Shown in pieces: positions 29,888-40,400 of a stretch of 64,000 nucleotides of DNA; the first letter of the stretch is position 1; every line of letters starts with the position of its first letter. The notes under the pieces are model-generated. The model ran no database searches, was not told the origin of the DNA, and worked only from the letters and a program-made list of their open reading frames with translations. The stretch is from positions 25,721-89,720 of the forward strand of contig JAQVVF010000003.1 of the NCBI GenBank assembly GCA_028699085.1, given 5' to 3'. The DNA comes from Patescibacteria group bacterium (GTDB lineage: Bacteria > Patescibacteriota > JABMPQ01 > JAQVVF01). A program made the position numbers and the translations under genes.

Positions 29888-29888
29888 T
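29761..29888 (-). repeat. Direct repeat copy 1 (128 bp) of the ftsK 5' end
   Basis: It aligns without gaps to 37197-37324 with 6 mismatches. Confidence 0.9.
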
Positions 29889-29916
29889 TATTTATATTTA
29901 TTTTCTGTTTTTCACT

Positions 29917-29944
29917 GTAGGGACACAATATATTGTGTCCCTAC
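29917..29944. repeat. Perfect 28-bp palindrome GTAGGGACACAATAT|ATTGTGTCCCTAC (REP-like or operator-like)
   Basis: The 14-bp arms have no spacer. It lies 30 bp upstream of the small ORF start. Its GTAG...CTAC ends match the conserved tetranucleotide of REP elements. Confidence 0.7.
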
Positions 29945-30054
29945 CATAAAATTTCCTAACAAATAGGTTACTTTAATTATACTATAAATAAAGTTTTGCA
30001 ACAATAAAAAAAGACAAGCTGTTTTTTGCTCGTCTTTAAATTAACCAAATGTTA

Positions 30055-32712
30055 TTATTCCTGAAGTTTAGATCCTCTAGCTATATAATTAATTGATATT
30101 CCGCCAATTTTTTTAAAGGATCCTCCTGCATATAATTCTCCATTATAGTCCGCTAATGTTAAAACTTTTCTAATTTCAAATATTGGGGCAGCTACTGAGT
30201 TAAGATTAAGCCAAGTCACACCATTCAATACAGCAACATTATAAAACTCATTTGTACCTGATCTAAAAAATTGTCCACCAATATATATCTTATTATTGTA
30301 TTCTGACAAAGCATAAATCGAACCTGGTATCCATGACCCCAACATACTTAAAGAATTACCATTCCATTTATAGACGTACGAATGCAATTCTTCAGAACCA
30401 TTTTCTAATGCTTGTCCTGTAATATATAACTTATTATTATGTGCATATAATCGACCCCAACCAATACGATTGTTGTCAATGTGCCGTCGGTATAGTTCGC
30501 TCCGAAACGACACTTTGCTCCAAACCGAACCATTCCACTTTGCCAAGTTATTAGACTCATAACCATCAATACTATTAAATAATCCTAAAATATACAATTC
30601 ATTATCATATACAGCCATAGAATTAATATAACCATTAAAACCTACACCATCTCCTGCAACCCCTTCCCAAGACACACCATCCCATACCATAATACCACTA
30701 TGATTATCAAGATAACCATCTCTTAAATAGTTCAAAGTAAAGTCTCCTCCAGCATATAATTTATTTCTATAAACTACTAGAGAAGTAATGTTGCTGTCAC
30801 CTATAACATTTGCTACTTGCATACCAGTCCTAGTCCACGACACACCATCCCACTTCATAACTGTATAACCCACAGCTGCATACAATTCAGTTCGAAATGA
30901 AGCCAAAGCAGTAACAGTACCATTAAGCCCAAGCCCAGAACCAAGCGGAATCCAAGAATTCTCGTACCACATAGCTATATTGCTCATTCTGGAACCATTA
31001 ATTACCATTTCAAAATTCCCTCCAATTATTAAACTCTCATTGTGAACAACTGAAGAAGTAACATAAAAAGCACGACCGGGAACTTCCTCAAAAACAACAG
31101 AGTCGTCGAGAGCGCTCCAATTCCAATTAACTGCAACTGCAAACTGCATTTCCATTTTAGGTATCTTATTAAAATAGACTGTAAATTTATTATCAATTAT
31201 ATTTAATCTAACTTTTGCGTTTTTCCAATAATTTGCTAGAGAAATCCACCTGCCCGACTTTTCACGCACAATCAATGCCATATTACTTTCTTTAACTAAT
31301 GAATTTTTCCTCTTCAATGCTTTAAATTCTGCCTGCGTATATTGAAAAGTGACTTTCACCTGATATTTTTGCTTCTTCTTTTTTGCTTTGTATTCTTTTA
31401 GATTACTTTTTAAGGTCCAAACTTTCTTTAAAGTTGTTTTTTTAGTGTTTTTAAATTTAGCTGGATGTTTTTCAGACTTTCTCCACTTCATATAATACTT
31501 GCTGCCTTTTGTTAATTTCGTTGGCAACTTTTTAAAGTATAACTTTAAATCTTGTCCAGAAATTGTTTCTTTCTTTAATGCTTTTTTTAATTTGACTTTC
31601 TTTCCATCAACTAAATTTTGTTGTTGTATTTCAACTGTAGTAGGCTCTGGAGTTGGAGTTGGAGTAGATTCAACCCATTTGGAAATATAATTAGCAGAAC
31701 TGCCACTAGCAACTGTAAAATTACCACCAGCATAAAGCTCGCTGTTGTATACTGCTAAAGCCAAGACTGTACTATTCATTCCAGAACTTAATGCACTCCA
31801 AGATGTACCATTCCATTTTGCAATATAGTTAGCAGAACTGCTATCAGCAGTTGTAAAACTTCCCCCAGCATATAGTTCACTATTAAAAAATACTAATGAA
31901 TAAACTGCTCCATTCATTCCAGATCCAATAGCACTCCAAGAGGAACCATCCCATCTTGCAATATAGTTAGCAAAACTGCCACCAGCAGTTGTATAATTAC
32001 CGCCTACGTATAAATAACTGCTATCTGCTGTCAATGACAAAACCGAACCATTCATGCCAGAACTTAATGTCTGCCAGCCTAAAGAAGTATCTAATTTAGC
32101 AATATGTGCTCCAATATTTGTAAAATCTCCGCCTGCATACAATTTATCATTAAAAACCGTTAATGCGCTTACTTTTTGATCTGGATCTGTAGACCAAGCG
32201 TGATCCCAAATACTGCCATTCCATTTTGCAAGATTACTCATCGCAAAACCACCAGCAGTAGTAAATTCTCCGCCAGCATATAAAACACTGCTATGAACAG
32301 CCAAAGAATAAATTGGACCATTCATTCCAGTACCAACAGCGCTCCAAGATGTACCATTCCATTTGGCAATATAGTTAGCCGAGCTACCATCAGCAGTTGT
32401 AAAAGTTCCTCCAGCATACAAATAAGTGCTATCAACTGCTAAAGCATGGACTGCTCCATTCATTCCTGATCCAACTGCACTCCAAGATGTACCATTCCAT
32501 TTGGCAATATAACTAGTGGAAGTTCCTCCAGCAGTTGTAAAACTGCCTCCGGCATACAATTCATTATTGTATACTGCCAAAGCATTAATTCCGCTATTTG
32601 TTCCAGTACTAACTGCGTTCCAACTTCCAGCCAAACTTTCGTTTGCTAATCCCAAAATACCAAATACCAAAAACGCCACACAAAACAAAAGCTTCGATAA
32701 ATACTTTTTCAT
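30055..32712 (-). CDS. Large secreted repeat protein (Kelch-like repeat beta-propeller), with the lysine-rich module inserted internally (family member B)
   Basis: The signal peptide is MKKYLSKLLFCVAFLVFGILGLA. There are at least 12 repeats of LYAGG(S/N)FTTA.G.S.NYIAKWNGTSWSA(V/L)G.GMNG.V.ALAV. A TPTPTPEPTT linker precedes the lysine-rich module KKLPTKLTKGSKYYMKWRKSEKHPAKF...VWTLKSNL...VKVTFQYTQ, which is followed by a second set of repeats. Confidence 0.7.
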   Translation of the reverse strand: MKKYLSKLLFCVAFLVFGILGLANESLAGSWNAVSTGTNSGINALAVYNNELYAGGSFTTAGGTSTSYIAKWNGTSWSAVGSGMNGAVHALAVDSTYLYAGGTFTTADGSSANYIAKWNGTSWSAVGTGMNGPIYSLAVHSSVLYAGGEFTTAGGFAMSNLAKWNGSIWDHAWSTDPDQKVSALTVFNDKLYAGGDFTNIGAHIAKLDTSLGWQTLSSGMNGSVLSLTADSSYLYVGGNYTTAGGSFANYIARWDGSSWSAIGSGMNGAVYSLVFFNSELYAGGSFTTADSSSANYIAKWNGTSWSALSSGMNSTVLALAVYNSELYAGGNFTVASGSSANYISKWVESTPTPTPEPTTVEIQQQNLVDGKKVKLKKALKKETISGQDLKLYFKKLPTKLTKGSKYYMKWRKSEKHPAKFKNTKKTTLKKVWTLKSNLKEYKAKKKKQKYQVKVTFQYTQAEFKALKRKNSLVKESNMALIVREKSGRWISLANYWKNAKVRLNIIDNKFTVYFNKIPKMEMQFAVAVNWNWSALDDSVVFEEVPGRAFYVTSSVVHNESLIIGGNFEMVINGSRMSNIAMWYENSWIPLGSGLGLNGTVTALASFRTELYAAVGYTVMKWDGVSWTRTGMQVANVIGDSNITSLVVYRNKLYAGGDFTLNYLRDGYLDNHSGIMVWDGVSWEGVAGDGVGFNGYINSMAVYDNELYILGLFNSIDGYESNNLAKWNGSVWSKVSFRSELYRRHIDNNRIGWGRLYAHNNKLYITGQALENGSEELHSYVYKWNGNSLSMLGSWIPGSIYALSEYNNKIYIGGQFFRSGTNEFYNVAVLNGVTWLNLNSVAAPIFEIRKVLTLADYNGELYAGGSFKKIGGISINYIARGSKLQE

Positions 32713-32800
32713 AATTTAATTTTATTTTTATATAATAAATTTTATTACATAAATTATAACACAAAAGAAGAAGAAGAAGAAAGTTATACACACAAAAAAA

Positions 32801-32826
32801 TAGGGGCATAAAATTTTATGCCCCTA
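32801..32826. terminator. Perfect 26-bp palindrome TAGGGGCATAAAAT|TTTATGCCCCTA. It probably acts as the bidirectional terminator after recA and is related in sequence to the palindrome at 29917.
   Basis: It is flanked by A7 and A5/T tracts. 11 of 14 arm positions are identical to the 29917-29944 palindrome. Confidence 0.6.
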
Positions 32827-32888
32827 CAAAAATAATTTTTTAATTTCCGTCAGTACTTTATAACTTTAAGAACTTTACAACTTTCGTA

Positions 32889-33911
32889 CTAGTCAACCTT
32901 TGCTGCTTTCACAATTTCCCAAATTTTCTTTTCAATCGTATTAGTTACTTTTGGATTATCTCTCAAAAATTGTTTTGAAGCTTCTCTACCTTGGCCAAGT
33001 TGAGCATCAGCAAAAGTGTACCAAGATCCAGACTTGCCCAAAACTTTATAGGCAACTCCAGTATCCAACAAATCGCCAACTCTTGAAATTCCTTCATTAT
33101 ACATAATATCAAATTCAGTTGTCTGAAAAGGAGGAGCAACTTTATTTTTAACAATTTTTACTTTGACACGATTTCCAATGATCTTGTCATTCATTTTTAT
33201 TTGAGCAGCGCGTCTCAATTCGATTCTGACTGAAGAATAAAATTTCAATGCTTTGCCACCAGTTGTTTCTTCTGGATTACCAAACATCACACCAATCTTC
33301 ATTCTTATTTGATTTAAAAATATCACTGTTGTTTTAGAACTAGAAATTGCTGCTGTCAATTTTCGGAGAGCTTGTGACATTAATCTTGCATGCAAACCCA
33401 TATGAGAATCACCCATGTCTCCTTCAATTTCAGCGCGAGGTGTCAAAGCTGCTACAGAGTCAATCACTATTACATCAACAGCATTTGATCGAACTAATGT
33501 TTCTACAATTTCCAAAGCTTGTTCGCCTGTCTCTGGCTGAGAAATCAGCATATCATTAATATTGATACCAATCTTTTTGGCATAATCAGGATCTAAAGCA
33601 TGTTCAGCATCAATAAAAGCAGCCAGTCCGCCTTTTTTCTGAACATTAGCAATAATATGCTGGGCCAATGTTGTCTTACCTGAACTTTCCATGCCAAATA
33701 TTTCAATAACTCTGCCTCTTGGCACTCCGCCAACTCCCAAAGCAATATCCAAAGAAATTGATCCAGTAGTAATTGCATCAATTTCCATTGTTTTTACTTC
33801 TCCCAACTTCATAATCGCTCCCTCGCCAAAACGATCCTTAATCTGGTCAATCGCTGATTCAACAGCTTTATTCTTTCCCTCCATCGCTTCTTTTTTAGCA
33901 TCTTTTGCCAT
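32889..33911 (-). CDS. recA: Recombinase RecA
   Basis: Walker A is [11 protein letters not shown]. Also present are ...[10 protein letters not shown]... and the loops L1 and L2. 340 aa, the canonical RecA. Confidence 0.95.
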   Translation of the reverse strand: MAKDAKKEAMEGKNKAVESAIDQIKDRFGEGAIMKLGEVKTMEIDAITTGSISLDIALGVGGVPRGRVIEIFGMESSGKTTLAQHIIANVQKKGGLAAFIDAEHALDPDYAKKIGININDMLISQPETGEQALEIVETLVRSNAVDVIVIDSVAALTPRAEIEGDMGDSHMGLHARLMSQALRKLTAAISSSKTTVIFLNQIRMKIGVMFGNPEETTGGKALKFYSSVRIELRRAAQIKMNDKIIGNRVKVKIVKNKVAPPFQTTEFDIMYNEGISRVGDLLDTGVAYKVLGKSGSWYTFADAQLGQGREASKQFLRDNPKVTNTIEKKIWEIVKAAKVD

Positions 33912-34026
33912 AAAATTAAATTACTTTTTTAAAAATTTACAAATCCCAAATTCCAAACAAATTACAATTAACAAAAATCCGACTTTGTAATTTGTAATTT
34001 GGTTTTTGTTTGGAATTTGGAATTTG

Positions 34027-35064
34027 TTACTTTATCTCTTTATCACGTACAACCTCCCCTTCTTTACCCAAAAATCCCAAATCTTTTCCATTCAAAACCG
34101 CTTTAGTTTTGTCAGCTTTTCCTGATGACACAAGGAATTTCTCTTTTGCTTTGAATGTCTGCGACGCATCAGGCAACATCATTCCAGAATAAATTAATCT
34201 ATCATCAGCTTTCACTTGTATCCATGCTGCTTTATCAACAACTGTTATAACTAACATTGATTCTGGCTTTATAGTTGTCTTATTCTTATCCTTTGCATTC
34301 TTATCTTTTGCTGGCTCTTCTGCTTTGTATTCTCCTTTCAAGGCTAGTTTTTCATTTTCTTTTTGTCTTTCCAAATCACCAGTTAATTCAACCATAATAT
34401 TTCTTTTTACTTCTGTACTTTTGCCAAACTTATTATTCGCAGTAATTTTTAGAACATTTAATCCATCTTGCAGAGCAATGGTTTCTTTAAATTTTCCACT
34501 ACCATCAACTTGAATTGGCTGATCATTAATTTTTACCTCTGCTTCTAAATCAGTTTCACCAACCAATACAATTACATCGTCATTGATTGTTTTATCCTCT
34601 GATGGATCTAGAATAGTTAATACTGGCGGTTTTGAAAGACCACTTAATTGAAACCAAATATACAAAAACATTACAAAAACAGCCAAGCCTGCTAAACAAA
34701 TCTTTATCAGTCTTGGCGTAATCACAAACGAATTAGATCTATACGACGACAAAGGAGCAGGTTCCTTTGACTTTTTAATATTCTCTTGAATTCCTCGCTC
34801 GTTTTTATACAAATTCAATGCTCCTTGAAAATCTATTCCAACATAATTACAATAGCTCCTCAAAAAACCTCTCACATAAACATCAGCTGGCAATTCACTA
34901 TATCTTCCTTCTTCCAAATATCTGATATATGTTTCTCGAACTCTAATGCTTTGTGAAATTTCTTTTAATGTCAAATTAGCCTCTTCTCTTGCGTTCTGCA
35001 ATCTTTCGCCTAAAGTCTCTGCACTCTTCAGGCGATGAGTGGTAAAACCTTCACCTAATTTCAT
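34027..35064 (-). CDS. rodZ: RodZ-like cytoskeleton protein (HTH_XRE, TM helix, C-terminal DUF4115-like domain)
   Basis: The N-terminus reads LGERLQNAREEANLTLKEISQSIRVRETYIRYLEEGRYSELPADVYVRGFLRSYCNYVGID, followed by a single TM helix (ICLAGLAVFVMFLYIWF) and an extracytoplasmic domain. Its stop overlaps ftsK by 4 bp. Confidence 0.6.
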   Translation of the reverse strand: MKLGEGFTTHRLKSAETLGERLQNAREEANLTLKEISQSIRVRETYIRYLEEGRYSELPADVYVRGFLRSYCNYVGIDFQGALNLYKNERGIQENIKKSKEPAPLSSYRSNSFVITPRLIKICLAGLAVFVMFLYIWFQLSGLSKPPVLTILDPSEDKTINDDVIVLVGETDLEAEVKINDQPIQVDGSGKFKETIALQDGLNVLKITANNKFGKSTEVKRNIMVELTGDLERQKENEKLALKGEYKAEEPAKDKNAKDKNKTTIKPESMLVITVVDKAAWIQVKADDRLIYSGMMLPDASQTFKAKEKFLVSSGKADKTKAVLNGKDLGFLGKEGEVVRDKEIK

Positions 35065-37319
35065 AACTGATTGTTATTAAACTGTTTATTGGCTAATTCT
35101 TCTTTACTTGGCAGTCCCAAAGTATCGCCTGGCGCAACCAAAATTTCTCTCGGCTTTGCTCCATCTGCCTGACCAACAATTCCCCGTTCTTCCAAAATAT
35201 CTAAAAGCCGAGCTGCTCTTGCATAACCAACTCTTAATCTTCTTTGCAACAATGATGCTGATGCTTTTCCAGACATAATTACTGTTTCTTTTGCTTCCTC
35301 ATATAATTCATCATCAACTTCTCCTTCAACCGCTACCCCATTGGCCATCATTTTTTGCTGTCTTTGAACAATTGATTCATCATATTCAGGCTCGCCTTTA
35401 TCTTTCAAGAATTTAGTAACAGAATGAATATCTTTTTCAGTTACAAAAGATCCTTGGACTCTTCTTGGCTTGCCTAAATCAGGAGATATAAATAACATAT
35501 CGCCATTGCCCAATAATCTTTCCGCACCACCAACATCGATAATCGTTCTAGAATCAATTTGTGATGCTACTGCAAAAGCAATTCTCGCTGTAATATTAGC
35601 CTTGATTAAACCTGTAATAACATTCACTGAAGGTCTTTGTGTTGCCAAAATCAAATGAATACCAGTTGCACGAGCCATTTGTGATAATCTAACAATCGCT
35701 GCCTCAACTTCTTTCGAAGCAACTGCCATAAGATCAGCCAACTCATCAATGACTACTACAATAAATGGCAGTCGATCTTTTCCAGCTGATGCATTATAAG
35801 AATGAATATCTCTCTTTTTGCATTCTGCAAATAAAGTAAAACGTTTCTCCATTTCTGATACTGTCCATCGCAAAGCATTAACAGTTTTATCAACTTCAGT
35901 AATTACTGGCGTTAATAAATGCGGAATGCCTTCATAATTTGTCATTTCTACTTTTTTTGGATCAACTAGAATCAATCTCAAATCATCAGGAGAATTCTGA
36001 TATAACAAACTCATAATAATTGTATTCAAACAAATTGACTTTCCAGAACCTGTTGCTCCAGAAATCAAAAGATGAGGCATTTTATCAAGCTCGCAAACTG
36101 TTGGACTACCGGCAACATTTCTACCTAAGACCATCGTTAAAGAAGACTTTGAATTAGTGAATTCCTTGCTTTCTAAAATTTCTCTTAACCTAACTAAAGC
36201 GACTTTCTGGTTTGGCACTTCCACTCCAACCAAGGATTTGCCTGGAATCGGCGCTTCAATTCTTATTGGATGCGCAGCTAAAGACAATGCTAAATCATTA
36301 TTTAATGTTACAATCTGACTTAATTTTACACCTTCCATTGGTTTAAATGTATATTGAGTTACAGTTGGACCGACATTAACTTCTTGCATTTTTACGTTAA
36401 TGTTGAAACTTTTTAAAGTCTGCTGAATTACTCTCGCATTATTTTTAACATCGCCAGCCATCGGCGTAGTACTTTGATTATTCAAAAGCTCCAAAGGAAA
36501 AGGCTTCCAATCTCCCCATTTTTTCGAGCGTATTACACTTTTTTTTGCCTTTCCATCTTCCATATCTTTGACATGCAATTCCGAATTTCCTTCAGCTTCA
36601 ACAGGTACAGCTGATCTTTCATTCATTCCCTTGATAGTTAGCTCTCCTTCAATCGGTTGTTTGTGTAATAATTTCAAAATAAATAATCTCAATTGCTTAA
36701 AGCCTTCAATTACATCTTTCAAAGAAATATTAAAAGTCATGATCGATCCTATAACGAAAACTGCCAACAATATTACGCCTGCAGCCCAAAATCCCATAAA
36801 TAACTGCATTGGATAAGCAAAAGCATAACCCAAATATCCTCCGCCAACTCCATCCTTTATCACTCCTAAAGCTGTTTCTCCATTATATTTCACATGGAAA
36901 ATACCGCATAAACCAATCAAAAACATTGTTGCCCCAATCAAATTATACTTGCTGAAATTAGGCTCTTCCAATCTTTCTGATCGAAATATCGCAATAGCTA
37001 AACCAATTAACAAAAATGGAAAAATATAAGCTGGTCTTCCCATAGCTTGCCTCAAACCCATACTCATAAATTCACCCATTTTTCCTGCTAATCCAATCAA
37101 TGACAAAAGACTTAAAATTCCAACAATAAAAAAGACAACAAGCATAATACCTCTAACAACTTCTGGTTGCATGCCAATATTAAACAAAAAACCCATTGAA
37201 CCTTTTCTTTTTCGTCCATGCAATTTTGGCGGCCTGCCTGGTTTTCTTTTTTGTTGTCCTTTTAAAATCGAAGTTGTAACCAAATTTTTTGCTTTTGGCG
37301 GTCTTCCTCTTTGTGCCAT
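35061..37319 (-). CDS. ftsK: DNA translocase FtsK/SpoIIIE with an unusual N-terminal AT-hook-like basic extension
   Basis: The N-terminus is MAQRGRPPKAKNL...KPGRPPKLHGRKRKG (RGRP and GRP cores). It is followed by 4-5 TM helices, a linker, and the motor domain with Walker A LISGATGSGKS plus alpha, beta and gamma domains. 752 aa. Confidence 0.9.
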   Translation of the reverse strand: MAQRGRPPKAKNLVTTSILKGQQKRKPGRPPKLHGRKRKGSMGFLFNIGMQPEVVRGIMLVVFFIVGILSLLSLIGLAGKMGEFMSMGLRQAMGRPAYIFPFLLIGLAIAIFRSERLEEPNFSKYNLIGATMFLIGLCGIFHVKYNGETALGVIKDGVGGGYLGYAFAYPMQLFMGFWAAGVILLAVFVIGSIMTFNISLKDVIEGFKQLRLFILKLLHKQPIEGELTIKGMNERSAVPVEAEGNSELHVKDMEDGKAKKSVIRSKKWGDWKPFPLELLNNQSTTPMAGDVKNNARVIQQTLKSFNINVKMQEVNVGPTVTQYTFKPMEGVKLSQIVTLNNDLALSLAAHPIRIEAPIPGKSLVGVEVPNQKVALVRLREILESKEFTNSKSSLTMVLGRNVAGSPTVCELDKMPHLLISGATGSGKSICLNTIIMSLLYQNSPDDLRLILVDPKKVEMTNYEGIPHLLTPVITEVDKTVNALRWTVSEMEKRFTLFAECKKRDIHSYNASAGKDRLPFIVVVIDELADLMAVASKEVEAAIVRLSQMARATGIHLILATQRPSVNVITGLIKANITARIAFAVASQIDSRTIIDVGGAERLLGNGDMLFISPDLGKPRRVQGSFVTEKDIHSVTKFLKDKGEPEYDESIVQRQQKMMANGVAVEGEVDDELYEEAKETVIMSGKASASLLQRRLRVGYARAARLLDILEERGIVGQADGAKPREILVAPGDTLGLPSKEELANKQFNNNQL

Positions 37320-37324
37320 TTATT
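37197..37324 (-). repeat. Direct repeat copy 2 (128 bp), the authentic ftsK 5' end
   Basis: See the entry for 29761-29888. Confidence 0.9.
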
Positions 37325-37456
37325 TTTGTTTATTTGTATTTAAAATTTCAAAAAAATCCTAAAAATCTAGGTCATAATTATTATACTATAATTAAACTTA
37401 ATTACAATAAAAAAAGAAGGCTTAATATAAGCCTTCTTTCTATATTTTCAATCTTT

Positions 37457-40400
37457 TTATACTTTTCTTACGTATCCAGTACCAGCTGGAATTAATTTAC
37501 CAAGAATTACATTTTCTTTCAGGCCCTTAAGTTCATCAACTTTACCTGTGATAGAAGCATCAATCAAGACTCTTGCAGTTTCTTGGAAAGAAGCAGCAGA
37601 TAAGAAGCTATCAGTTGATAATGAAGATTTAGTAATACCTAATAATAATTCGTCAGCCTCTGGCAATTCTTTTCCATCTTTTTTTAATTGATCGCGAACT
37701 GCCAAAAATTTTACTCTATTCATAACATCACCAGCAATAAGATCACTCTTGCCAGCTTTTCTAACTCTCACCCAATTCAACATCTGTCTGATAATCAATT
37801 CAACATGTTTATCATCTACATCCTGACCTTGGCTTGAGTAAATATATTGTACTTCTTTCAAAATATATTTTTGGATTGCTTCACGTCCGCAAGATTTAAA
37901 TAGATTTTGCAAATCCAATGCGCCTTCTGTCAATTGCTGTCCTTTGCTAACCAAATCTTTATTTTTAACCCATAATACAGCATTGTTTGGCAAAATATAT
38001 TCTTTTTCAACATCGCCTTCTTTGACGATTATTAAATTTTGTCCATCAATTTTCACAAAACCAGAAGCTTTTGCTTTAACATCTTTGCCTTTTTCTGTTT
38101 TAATCAATACATCGCCTTTATTAACATCAGTTGCATCTTTAACAACAAGCTTATCATTTGCCCCAAATTGATATAAATCTTTGCTGACATTTGAAGCAAC
38201 TATTCTTAAAATCTTTCTATCTTTTTCTTCTTCAATCGATGCAATACCATCTAATTCGGCAAAAATTGCTGGTTTTTTGATTCCTCTGGCTTCAAATAGT
38301 TCTTCAACTCTAGGCAAACCTTGAATAATATCTCCTTCGGAAGCTACACCACCAGTATGGAAAGTTCTCATAGTCAACTGTGTTCCAGGCTCACCAATTG
38401 ATTGAGCAGCAATAATACCAACTGCCTGTCCTATTGCTACTTTTTCATTTTTACCTAAATCCCAGCCATAACATTTTTGACAGATACCTCTTTCCATTTT
38501 ACATGTTATTACTGAAAAAATTCTAACAGAATCTAAATCTAAACTATCGATTAATTTTCCATATGCTCTTGTAACAATTTCACCTTTTTTAATAACAATT
38601 TTTCCAGACTGATCTTTTATATCAGAAGCTAATGTTCTGCCTAATATTCTATCGCCAATAGTCGTATTCATTTCAGTGCTATCTTTCTTAGTTATTTCAA
38701 GGCCTTTTGTATCACTACATTCTTCTGCTTGAATAATAATATCTTGAGATACATCAATCAATCTTCTTGTTAAATAACCAGCATTAGCAGTACGCAAAGC
38801 TGTATCAGTTAAACCTTTTCTAGCACCGTGAGTAGAAATAAAATATTCCAAAACACCTAAGCCTTCTTTAAAACTATTTTTAACAGGCAACTCAATAGTC
38901 TTACCTGATGGAGCAGCCATTAATCCTCTCATACCCATCATCTGAACAATTTGTGGCCATGAACCTCTAGCGCCAGATTCAACCATTGCGAAAACTGGAC
39001 CAAATTCTTCAACTGTATTTCTTGTTACATCTGTAATTTTATCTTTTACATTTGCCCAAGTTTCAATTACTTTAACATAACGTTCATGATCAGTTAAAAG
39101 TCCTGATTTATATTGTTGCCTAATTTCTTCAATTTTCTTTGTTGCTTCTAGCATCATGCCTGCTTTTTCTTTTGGCAATTTCAAATCATCCATACCCCAA
39201 GAAAGTCCAGATCTAGTCAAATATTCAAAACCAATTTCTTTAATCGCATCAACTAATTTAACAGTTGTTTCTCCACCATGTTTATGCAAACATTCACCGA
39301 TTAATTCTCTTAATGCTTTTTTATCAAAAACACTATTTCTAAAACCAAAATCTTCAGGCAGTACTCTGTTAAAAATGATTCTACCAACACAAGTCTCTGT
39401 TATTTCATTATCAATTCTAACTTTAATTTTTGCTCTGATATCAACTAAATCGTTTTCATAAGCTAATATTGCTTCTTCAGCATCAGAAAAAATCTTTCCT
39501 TCCCCTTTCATTCCAACGCGCATATTAGAAATATAATAGCAACCCAAAACAATGTCTTGAGAAGGGACAGTAATTGGAACACCAGTAGCTGGTTTTAACA
39601 AATTATGTGTTGCAGACATGATTTCTTTAGCTTCCTTTTGCGCCATGGAAGTAAGAGGAACATGAACAGCCATCTGATCGCCATCAAAGTCAGCATTGAA
39701 AGCAGAACATACCATTGGATGAATTTGCAAAGCCTTGCCTTCAATCAAAATTGGTTTGAAAGCTTGAATACCTAATCTATGCAGGGTCGGAGCACGATTT
39801 AACAAGACATATTTATCAGCAATAGTTTCTTCCAAAGCATCCCAAACTTCTGATCTGCCTTCTTCAATTAATTTTCCAGCAGATCTAACATTATGGGCAA
39901 ATTCACTTTTTATTAAGCTATGAATAACAAATGGTTTAAACAATTCCAAGGCCATTGTTTTTGGAATACCACACTCGCCTAATTTCAAATGAGGTCCAAT
40001 AACAATTACTGAACGTCCTGAATAATCAACACGCTTGCCTAAAAGATTCTGTCTGAAACGTCCTTGCTTGCCTTTCAACATATCAGCCAAAGATTTTAAT
40101 AATCTCTTCTGTCCGGTTGAAGCAGCAGTTACCTTGCCAGATCTTGCTGAATTATCTAATAATGCATCGACAGCTTCTTGCAACATTCTTTTTTCATTTC
40201 TACAAATAACTTCTGGTGCATTTAATTCAATCAACCTTTTTAAACGATTATTACGATTGATAACTCTTCTATATAAATCATTTAAATCAGAAGCAGCATA
40301 TCTACCACCATCCAATTGAACCATCGGACGCAAATCTGGAGGAATAACAGGAAGAACAGTCAATATTGTATATTCAGGTCTAATTCCAACCTTAATTAAA

